A stretch of DNA of 64,000 bases from the NCBI GenBank assembly GCA_963693365.1, contig CAVNZM010000008.1, positions 6,520,830 to 6,584,829 on the forward strand, read 5' to 3'. Below are positions 53,344 to 64,000 of this stretch, piece by piece. Each line of letters begins with the position of its first letter. The stretch's first letter is position 1. Source of the stretch: Amoebidium appalachense (taxonomy: Eukaryota > Protista > Ichthyosporea). Made by a program: the position numbers and the translations under genes. The notes under the pieces were generated by a model that was given only the letters and a program-made list of their open reading frames with translations, ran no database searches and had not been told where the DNA came from.

Positions 53344-54306
53344 ACCACCACCACCACCACCACCACCACAAACGTACACACACCGCCGCCTTGGGGCCGG
53401 CAACACGCTAAGTACACGCGCGCAGTGTCACCCATAAACATAACGTAATTCAGCAATTATTGCAACCACATTACTGTACTTGTTAATTATATTAGCAACA
53501 TTTAGCAACACCAGGTCCATTAATTATCCACCATGTCTCTTGTGGGTTTACGCTGTTAATTCGAGGCACAGAGAGACCAGTCTCAGGTATCATTTATCTT
53601 AGGAAAAGGCGAAGCCCTTCACCCTAGGCTTCGTTCTATGCTATTTATGCACCAGTATAAACATTCACATTCGTTGGTTTACTCAAATTCTTGCAAGCCC
53701 ATACATACGTGTTTGGTGCATATTCATCCATGCCATTGTAGGTTTCGAGCATGACTCGTTTTGCCTTTAGTTCTACCGGGTCAAACAAAGAGGGCCTTAC
53801 TTCATCTGCAAACAAAAAAGCCACCAAAAGGGCTTTGGTGTATACGCTTTAGGTTTTCAAAAAGTAACAGAGAAAGGAAAAAAGAGGGAAAAAAACGAAC
53901 CCCCCCCCCCCCCCCCCCCCAAACCTCCCCCGGTCCTCTTCTAACCAACCAACCAACCAGGCATACGCCTGAGAACACACAGCAGCCACGGACTCCCCAT
54001 CATGCATATAACGACAAGCTTGGAGCCCACTGCGATAACCAATGACAAACCTATGTTTTAAACTTTGTAGATGTATATGTTCCGCATACTCTGTTTCATA
54101 CTCAAGACACAACCTTCAACCTGTCAGCTGTCTTTATCACACGGTACCAAGCCCGAACACACAATGAATTTCAACATGTCGTACAAATTTAAAATTTAAC
54201 TTCCAAACCAATTGGCCTTTCATTTAAACTAAATATACAATAAAAAACACAACTCCCCGGTAGACATTGCACCAGTTTATTTTCTTTTACATTACACCGG
54301 GATTCA

Positions 54307-54967
54307 CTACACTCGTACCTCACACAAAGCCATCGAGTGGCCATATCCCACCCCTACCAGGCTCACCTTTATGTCTTTAGGCAATACCACTTTTGTTGGT
54401 ACCAAAACATTTTCTGTGGATCCATTTCCGCATGGGCCGTGTTCGTTCCAACCCCAGGCAACACAGTCACCTGATTCTGCACCAATGAATGGGGAGTTAG
54501 AATGTACCCTATATACATCGGACAACACCATTCATATACATAAAGGAGGGCTGGAATACACGTGGAATCTTAAACCTCCAGAATAAAAAATACAGTATCC
54601 GTGCCATCAAAGCAAACTACCATGGAGAGAGAGTGTGCATGCAGGCGCGTGAACATGCCGGTAGAGGGGCGCAGGGGAAGAGAGAATGGGAAAAAAATAC
54701 TAAGGCTGAAGAATAAAATACACTTTTCACTATTCCTCTGGTGCTCCATGCAACCCCCCCCCCCCCCCCCCTCCTTAACCCCCCTGGGGCGCCCCGCCCG
54801 TTTCAATATCCCCCCGAGAGCTTCCCTCATAGAATACGAACACATCTTATCATGTAGGAGGATCGAACCAGTTTTCGAAGATCGAGGTCATAAACATGCA
54901 CTGATTAGAGTGGGACCCCACCCCCCCCCTCTCTCCCCTCCCCCTCCCCCCTTCTAATAAGAAACCC

Positions 54968-55000
<33 letters not shown>

Positions 55001-56050
55001 GGGTTGTGTGGCGCAACAGAGGAATAGTGAAGAGTGCATTGCCATAAATGGTAAGTGAGAATTCATTGTAGAACGTGCGATGCGCTTTCGAAGTTATCCT
55101 AATATCTTGTGTGTGTGTGTCTTGAGTTTGTCTCCGAATAACGGAGTGTCATAAGCCACTTTTCCTCCCACCTCCACTTATCCTTTCCTGCGTCTTCCAA
55201 GTTCACTGGCGCACTCACTCAGAGAAACAACACATCAGGCATCTCGGCCTCCCCCCCCCCCCCCCCTCCCCCCCCCCCCCAACCACCACCACACACACAA
55301 TCACACCACCTACTTTACAAAAGAACAGGGTATGTAGGGCACGGTGCTTTGAATATCCCCCCCCCCCCCCCCCCCCCCCCCCCCTCTCTCTCTCCCCCCT
55401 CCCCTCCCTCAACTTGTTGTTTAGCTATACACATGCATAAGATATTAGGGTAACTTTGAAAGCCAATCACACATACATGATAATAAATTTTTGCTTACCA
55501 TTTATGGCAATGGCATGCTCTGCACCCAGACATATCTGCAGCAGACACGGGAGAATGTAAGCGTATATACCCCCCCCCCCCCCCCCCCCCCTCCCGTTTA
55601 CTATCCTACCTGCCCCCCCCCCCCCCCCCCCCCCCCCCCACCTCGTCATTGCTAAAAAGAGAAGAGAGAGAGAGAAAAGATGGCTTCGTAAAAGAATAGG
55701 GGAAGGAGAACAAAAGAAAAAGAAAGAAGTAATCGTACGTAAATGTTGTGAACTCTTTGTTCAGAGTAATGTCACCCCCGATAACTACAACTCTCTTCAC
55801 ACCTCCATTTTGCCTATTCCCCCATGTTTCCCCCCCCCCCCCCCCCCCCCTCCCCCTCTCCCCCTCTCCCCCCTCCCCCCTCTTCCCCCCTCCCCCCCCT
55901 CCCCCTCTTCCCCCCCCCCCCCCCCCCCCTCCCCCCCAAAACCACCACCACCCCACCATTACATCCGTCAATCCCTGTTCCCCTCCCTCAAACTACCGTG
56001 GGGACGTTTTTATTTTTTTTATTTTTCTATTTTATTTTATTTTATTTTAT

Positions 56051-56081
<31 letters not shown>

Positions 56082-57742
56082 GGGGGGGATTAAAAAATGG
56101 TTTTTCTGCTGCTTGTGAATAAGAACGAGGAATGGAAGAAGGGGAAATGGGGGATGGCGGGGGAGGGGGGGGGGGGGGGCAATGGCTGTTCCGTTGGTGT
56201 ATGCGTGAGGAAAGGGGTGGGGGTGGTGGGGGGGGGGGGGGGGGGAGAGCGAGACAGGCGGAGAGGGAGGGGGAGAATTGGAGAGGGGATTTAAACTAGT
56301 TGAAAAAAGAATGGGCAGGGGCAAAGGCGACACAGGTGCAGAAACTTTACCTGTCTTGCGCCAGTAAGTGATCCCACCATCACGGGCACATTCCTATTTT
56401 GGTTATTCGCGATGTCTTCTGATTGGCCACAGTCTGCCCCCTCTGTCGCTGTGATCTGGCCATAGTCACTGCGACCCCACAGCCATACCTTGCCGCTAAC
56501 TGCAGATTAAAAATAAAACCAAGTGTCATGATTGGATAGAAATTCAAATGGAAACCAACGGACCACGCACTTGGACTTAACTCAATAGAACCCACTTACG
56601 TATTACGATTGGATATCAACTATTAAAACACTATTTGTGCATAAAAAGCAAACTGCTGACTCGGGTTCAATGGGTCACCTTTATATCCCACACATGCAGT
56701 AACGAAACACAAAAAAAACCCACACCCACACGCACGCGCACACGCACACGCACACGCACACGCACACGCATCCACGAGCGCGCGCGCACGCGCACAGACA
56801 CATTACACATGCACATGTACTTCCGCACAAACTCGCACAGACACTTGAACGAAAGCTCACACACACAAAGAAAATACCCCAAAAACACACACACGCACAC
56901 ACACACGGCAATACTGACCCGTTATCCTTCCTTTTAACAGCAATCACCTACCAACTAGTTTTGGGTTGGTCGCTGGGTAAGGGGCCACAAAAGGCGGGAG
57001 GGGGGGAGGGGGGAGGGGGGAGGGGAGAGAGGGGGGGGGGGGGGAGGGGGGGGGGGAGGGCTACTCTTACCTGTGACGGCGCATGCATGGGACCACCCCG
57101 AATGAATGGATTTAATTGGCTCCCCAACCAGTGAACCAATTAGATTGCACGATGGCTGCCATACATGCTTGGTACTGTCACCCCTGCATTGCGTTCCAGA
57201 TTCTTGGTCAGAAGGAGCGAACCAACCCCCCCCCCCCCCCCCCCCCCCCCACTCTCCCCCCCCCCTCCCTCCTCCCCCTCCCCCGCCCCTCCCCCCCCTC
57301 CCCCCGCCCTGCACCACCGACCACCACCATTCCTAGTCCCGGCACTCATCATTGATTCGCAAAACGAACAAAAGCCTGCCAATTTCTCTGGCACATTTTT
57401 TCTCAACTTTCCACACACAAGTCCATTCATTCCCCCCTTCTTGGCCCTACAGGTAGTCCCCCCCCCCCCCCCCCCCCCCCCCTATAAATGATAAATAATA
57501 ATTAAAAGAAAATGGAAAAATGGCAGTTCATATTTCCTTGCCTCGTTAAGGGGGAGGGGGGGGGGGGGGGGGGGGAGGCCCCTTCGATTGAAAAAAATGC
57601 AGTTCCTTTCCCTTTACACATGATTCATCAAGCATAGCAAACACATAACATAACAGATTCAACATTGCCCATCCTTTAGCCCAGACCGCCAAATCAACAA
57701 ATTCAGTCATTGCTCGCCCTTTACTGCATGTAAGAAACACAG

Positions 57743-57791
<49 letters not shown>

Positions 57792-57961
57792 AAACACACA
57801 CACCGCACCCTTCCCGGGCAGGGTTCCCCCCCTGGGCTCGAAAACAAACCAATGACAATCCCTTACAACTACACAGACACCTACATCTACCAAGGTCTGC
57901 ATGCACATCGTACTTTATGCGTGGGTGGGGTTTTTTTTTCTTTTTCTTTCTGTTCTTCTTT

Positions 57962-57992
<31 letters not shown>

Positions 57993-58338
57993 GGGGGGGA
58001 GGGGGGGGGGGGGGCGGGGTTGGAAGAAGGAGGGTTGCGTTGGGGTAAGGTGGGGAGTGGGTGGGGGATGGAGGGGGAGGGGGGAGGGGGGGGGGGGGGG
58101 GGAGGGACACGTACGGTAGGCACTGTCCGTATTTGTTATTGCCAAAGGAAAAGACCTCCCCGTTTGCTGTAGAAATTGAGTCAAAGAATGTTTGATGAGT
58201 GTTAGATGAAACAACAAGGGAGGAGAAATGCACATTTTCGAAGATATCACAAATAACATCTCCCTCCCCGCTCCCCTCCCTTCTAAGACCAAAACACCCC
58301 GCACACACGCATGCCGTGAAGCAAACCCCTCCCCCCCC

Positions 58339-58369
<31 letters not shown>

Positions 58370-59267
58370 ACACGCAGAAACATGTGCAGTATCATGGCCA
58401 ACCACCTGTATCATCTCCCATGCATATGATAAGAGGGGCCACGAACGGATATCAAAGAGAATGGGGAGGGGGGGGGGGGGTTTGAATGCGGAACACGGTA
58501 CGAAGTACGCATACACGAAGGACACATGCAAAGGCAAACATTCAAGTATGCAACATCAGCCATGCGCACAGTATGCGTCATAAGCAGAGCCCATCCTCAG
58601 GGAGGGCCCAGGGGGAAGAAGGAAGGCACCGGTGCGGGCGGGAAGGGGGGGAGGGGGAGGGAGGGAGCGGGGGAGGGAGGGAGAAGGGGAGGTGGGGAGA
58701 GGGGGGGAGGGGAGCCAATACCCTGTAGTAAGGGGGTTTTGATGGTGGGAAGAAAAGGAGGTGTGTGTGTGTGTGTGTGCGTGTGTGTGTGTGTGTGTGC
58801 GCACGCGTGGGCGCGCACGCGCCGCGTGCGTGCGTGTGCATCCGCCTAGGTGGTGGTGGTGGTGGTGGTGGTGTTGGTTGTTGAGGGGGGGGGGGGGGGG
58901 GGGGGGGGGGAAGGGGTAGGACACATACCAGCCAGCAGCAGTGTCTGCTGGTAGCCGGCAGCAATGTCAACAACAGGCTCAGGCAGAGAGACTGTGTGGG
59001 GAGGGGGGGTGGGGGGGGTGGGGTTATACAAGGATACACATAACACTTGAGATACCTACACCTACAATAAAATAAACCGTCATATGACCGACTAGGAATG
59101 TGCAATGTCATCCACAATGCCCGAGTTTCGACCCATCCACCTCGTCAATGACACCCAACTCAGATACTGCGTTAATAGAACATGGGTGGGTTATCCGTCA
59201 CAGGCAAGACAAGAGCAGTGAAAAGAGCCGGGGTTAAAGTTCCTGCAGTAATCAAAAGGCAGGAGAT

Positions 59268-59323
<56 letters not shown>

Positions 59324-59465
59324 GGGGGGGGGGGGGGGGGGGGAGGGGGGGGGGGGGGGGAGGGGGGGGGGGGGGGGAGGGGGGGGGGGGGAGGGGGGCA
59401 AACAAGTGTGTGTGCTTGTGTGTGGGGGGGGAGGCAAACAAGTGCGTGTGCGTGTGTGTTTGTGG

Positions 59466-59510
<45 letters not shown>

Positions 59511-61456
59511 CTAGGGTTGGCACATCATCGTGTACATCACGGCCTAACCAATTGGATCCAGCAAATTCTTCCTCTCCTCCCATGACCCATGAGCCTACAT
59601 ATGAATGTCTGTGGCTATGCCAGTGCTGGGTTTTTGTGCGTGGACACGTGCATTAGAGAGCTTGTGCATGCGTCTAAAGAAACAATGAGAGGGGGGAAGA
59701 TATGAATGGGAGTACCCACCGAGGATTGATACCAGTGCCTGCTTTGTGCCCTGGCCTTGGCCCAACTGGCCATGCCGACCGCAGCCCCACGCGTAGACTT
59801 TGCCCTCCTCTGTTTTGCGCAAAACACCACCCAATCAGAAGGCAGGCTTAAATCTCAAACAAATCAACAGGAGAGAGGTTCGCGTTTCCTTGTAACCCCC
59901 TCTTTCCCTCTCCCAACCTCACCCATTCCCCAATGCCCCCTTTAAGGTAACTTTATGAGGTGACTGGTCAGTAGGGGGTTCCAAACGGTCAAATCGATCA
60001 AATGCCAGTCTGTCAGCTAGCTGAAATTTCAGGTTTGGGGGCTTTTGTGTTAAAACTTTCCAACTTTCAACGCTATTTCCTTGCCAAAACAGACCAATGC
60101 CCGTGAATATGACCTCCTATTCATGAAAGTGGAGAGTAAACACCTGAGACCTGTGCTTGGGAAAAACGTAGGGACGAGGATGGGGGGAGGGGGGCTGGGG
60201 GCGCAGGTGGGAGACATAGTGAATTGGCAGGGCTTTGGTGCGTCTGGACGAGTAGGTGGTCAAGTGTAAAGAACAAAAACCAATGGAAAAGGTTCACATG
60301 GGAAATAAAATGGGAAAAAAAAGAGAATTAATGCCGGGGAAGGGGGGGGGGGGGTAGGTACAAAGGGTGGGGGGTGGGGGGTGAGAGGTGTGGAGGAGTT
60401 GGGGGGGGGGGGGGGGGGGGAGAAGGGGAGGGGAAGGGAGAGGGAGGGGGGGGGGGGGGGGGGGGATGAACCTGTAAGGCACACACTGTGTCTGAGACCA
60501 GCAGCGACCTTCTGCACCTTTGTATAAGCTAGTGCCTGTGTGTGTGTGTGTGTGTGTGTGTGCGAGCGCGCACGCACACGGATGGGTGTGTGTGTCTGTG
60601 TGTGCGTGAGCAGGGTAAATGTGTAGGTGCCAGTACACTTGAGTGTGTTTGTGTAGGGGGGCGCTGGGGGGAAGGGGGGGGGGGGGGGGGGAGGAGGAGA
60701 GCGGGGGAGGGGAAGGGGGGCATGTTAGTATACGTGCGCTCAAATGCGCGAGATTTCTACGTGTACGGTTGAACATGAGCCCATGTCAAAAGCGGAAAAT
60801 GTGTGGAATTATGCATTTTCGTCCAATCTATATGTGTGTGACTAAGTGTGCAGGAACGTGGGTGTGTACCTTCGTGCTGGATAACAGCAGCAAGAAGAGT
60901 ACAGAAAATTTGGAGAATACGGGAATTTCAGAGTATTTAAACAGAAAAGGATTGGTAGGGCTAAAATCAAGGGGACTCTGCAGAGATGTACCGGAATGAT
61001 AACAGACCAAAAGGATGGGGAGAGGGGGCGGGAGAGGGGGGGGGGGGGGGGGGAGGGGGGGGGGGGGAGGGGCTTTAACGAAGAAGTGGGGTGAAAAGTC
61101 ATTCCTTGAGTCTAAAGAATTCTCAGCTCCTAAAACAAAAATCGTATTGGCCTCTAACCTCCGCCCCTCCCCCCCCCTCCCCCCCTACACACACAAAAAA
61201 AAAAAAAAAGAAAGAAAGAAAGGAAAAAAAGGAAAAACACACAGGTGTTGGAGTGGGAGGGGATGAAAAAGGGTGAAGGGAAGACGATTAGGATGCGCGC
61301 GCGTGTGTGTGTGTGTGGGTGGTGGTGGTGGTGGTGGGGGGGGGGGGGGGATGGTGGTTTACCTCGATGACTGTTGGTGTGTATGAGTGGTCTGTCTTGA
61401 TGGGTTGACCCAACTGGCCGTATTTGTTGCAGCCGAAAGAGTAGACAGAACCGTGC

Positions 61457-61534
<78 letters not shown>

Positions 61535-61593
61535 CGCGCGCGTGCGTGCGTGTGCGCGTGCGCGTGCGCGTGCGCGTGCGCGTGCGTGTGCGT

Positions 61594-61658
<65 letters not shown>

Positions 61659-62654
61659 CGTGTGCGTGCGTGTGTGTGTGCGGGTGTGGACGTGGGTGTC
61701 GATCATATCAGCTGATATCAAAAAGCTAAGATACGGCCTGTGGTGATTATACGAGAGCCGTGCACATGGTCAAGATCAAAGGAAAAATTACGCAATCTAC
61801 GTTTATCATTGGTCGAGGTCGAACCCGGTTGCGATCGGATAACCCAAATCAGGAAACTGTGCGCCATTGATAAAGTGTAGTCAGCGGCATACCAAAAGCG
61901 TTCAATGCCATGGGGGGTTGAAGGAGGTAGTGTGTATCTTTTTGTGCATCTCTTTACAACTCTTTGCCCTTTTCGTTATCCATCGAGTTTTACAGAGTAG
62001 TGAATGCACGAGAGAAAGGGGGGTGGGGGGAGGGAGGGGAGAAAGGGAAGAAAGAAGGGAGGGAGGGGAGGAGAGTTGCATCATTCACACCTGTCAGTGC
62101 TAAGGTGTGGGCCCACCCGCAGGCCACCATGGCAACGGGCATCTGATTGGTTGCGAAGAAATCCACGTGGGTGGGTGTGCACGTGTCCAGTGTGTGGCCC
62201 AACCCCAACTGGCCTCTGTCGTTGAGCCCCATGCTGTAGAGCCCCCCAGAATCTGTGCCGTGGATATTGTAAGAAGAAAAATGTGGGTGAATGAATAAAT
62301 GAATGAATGAATGAATGAATGAATGAATGAATGAATGAATGAATGAATGAATGAGCGAACATGAATAAATGGATAATAAAACAGGAAAATAACTTGGATG
62401 AACAAAGAAATTAATAAACAAACCAACAAGCAAACAAATTAAACAAATAAACAGATAAACAAATGAACAGTTAAAAAAGCAAGTAAATAAATAACTTATA
62501 ACTAGTTAGATTAATTGACATATAAAAATCGCAACATGGGGCATTTCTGTGAGCAGATAGGATCTAAGGTGCACACCGAAAAACGGTCTATTATGGGTAT
62601 TTGGTCCCCAGGCTTCCCCCCGGGAGGGGGGGGGGGGGGGGGGGAGGGGAGGGG

Positions 62655-62690
<36 letters not shown>

Positions 62691-62864
62691 TTCACGAATA
62701 GGTATTATGCACACTTGCCATTTTCAGCGCTCTGTACATTCCATTACAGGATCCACAAAGGTGCTGAGAATGCTGAATTAAATCAAGAGCCAAAACCCCT
62801 CACAAGCAGAACCCCCCCCCCCCCCCCCCCGCCTTCGCACACACAAAAAACGAAAGGGGGCGGG

Positions 62865-62905
<41 letters not shown>

Positions 62906-63074
62906 ACCCACATGTCACAATCATAGTGTGTCCCCCTCCCCCTGTCAGTTGCCGTATGGGACCATCAGACCCATTTTCGGGGGGTTCCAAATGGGAAATT
63001 TCAAAATTTACCGGGGTAGGCAGCAACTTGTCTTCTTTATCCCCAGTCCCTAACTGCCCATAACTATTCGGTCC
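54307..63074 (-). CDS. SERGEF: RCC1-repeat beta-propeller protein, SERGEF (DelGEF)/Ats1-Kti13-like; 12 visible coding exons, start codon unresolved
   Basis: Exons 62912-63074, 62091-62252, 61363-61457, 60472-60535, 59733-59809, 59549-59594, 58929-58991, 58115-58166, 57071-57183, 56351-56499, 55499-55535 and 54307-54476 total 1191 nt in frame with GT-AG junctions. Seven RCC1 blades, including [26 protein letters not shown] and [16 protein letters not shown] and WGWNEHG.CG.G are typical of SERGEF. Confidence 0.85.
58481..58610 (-). repeat. Intronic structured repeat family, 5'-truncated young copy
   Basis: Its reverse complement is identical to 23609-23738 and is followed by a C run on the sense strand. 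Confidence 0.9.
59020..59240 (-). repeat. Intronic structured repeat family, diverged copy
   Basis: The reverse complement ACGGATAACCCACCCATGTTC...GCAGTATCTGAGTTGGGT...GGGTCGAAACTCGGGCATTGTGGATGAC closely matches 29095-29186. Confidence 0.8.
62289..62355. repeat. (TGAA)n tetranucleotide microsatellite in a SERGEF intron
   Basis: Directly visible. Confidence 0.9.
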
Positions 63075-63180
63075 CTGGGTGTGTGTGTGTGTGTGTGTGT
63101 GTGTTGGGGGGGGGAGGGGGGGAGGGAGGGATGAATGGGGGTGGGGGTTGGGTGGGTGGGTGGGGGTGTGGGTGTGGGGT

Positions 63181-63213
<33 letters not shown>

Positions 63214-63402
63214 ACATGTGCCGGTGCGCAGATCGTTTGTAGAGTGAGAAATTGTACATTTTTTATGTCCATAAGGACATTTGTATTTTATTTTTATTAT
63301 GTATAGCAGTAATTTTGGTACAGCAGTTTCCAGGCAAATACATGCACACGTACCCACGCAAGTGTCCGCACACCCATACACGAGCAAATGTTGAAGCACC
63401 CA

Positions 63403-63446
<44 letters not shown>

Positions 63447-63456
63447 CGCACACACG

Positions 63457-63517
<61 letters not shown>

Positions 63518-63957
63518 GCGCGCGCACACACACAAACAATACACACTCACTCACGAAACACACAAACCAAACACACACACACACACATACAATACACCCC
63601 CCCACACACAACACACCTGCATCATCACACACACACACACGAGCACACATGGTGAGCACACACAAGCACACTTGCAATCGTTGGCCGACCTGTAACTAAA
63701 TAATGTGGGGCGCCCGTATGAGCCTGGCAGCTTGCAGATAACGTTCTGGTGGACTTCCATGTTTCCAGGTCCAAAGTCCGCAGATGGGAGGGGAAGGCGG
63801 GGGGGGGGGGGGGGGGGGGGAGGGGGGGGGGAAGGAGGGAGAGGGGGAGGGGGGGGGGGAGAGAAAGAGGGAGAGAGAGAGAGAGGATAGGGGGGGGGGG
63901 GGGGGAGAACAAAGAGAGAAAAAGAGTGTGTGTGTGTGTGTGTGGAGAGAGAGAGAG

Positions 63958-64000
<43 letters not shown>

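Noticed and set aside
63670-63760. First coding exon of SERGEF ([23 protein letters not shown])
   Set aside because: Its position is plausible, but the nearest GT donors are phase 2 while the next exon (63074) needs phase 0, so it is left unresolved.

Overview
Eukaryotic, intron-rich genomic DNA, most likely from a unicellular opisthokont/holozoan (inferred from gene content; not provable here). Introns are packed with poly(C)/poly(G) runs and (CA)n/(GA)n microsatellites, so most ORF-track entries are repeat noise. Five spliced genes could be reconstructed with GT-AG junctions and consistent phases: a secreted CAP/SCP protein with a Thr-rich tail (-), V-ATPase subunit e (-), TXNL1 (+, 11 exons), complex I subunit NDUFB2 (-), and a SERGEF/Ats1-like RCC1-repeat gene (-, 5' end unresolved). 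Between them lie a foldback/TIR repeat complex, a decayed near-full-length APE-type LINE plus two 3' LINE fragments, an apparently intron-poor F-box/LRR pseudogene, and a Ty3/Gypsy remnant. The most notable unexplained signal is a ~250-bp non-coding family with at least 7 copies. All copies are intronic and in host-sense orientation, and most share a 3' end that runs into C tracts. Several are 5'-truncated, and stems are conserved across diverged copies. This looks like a structured, mobile intronic RNA (SINE-like or snoRNA-like) associated with poly(C) tracts.
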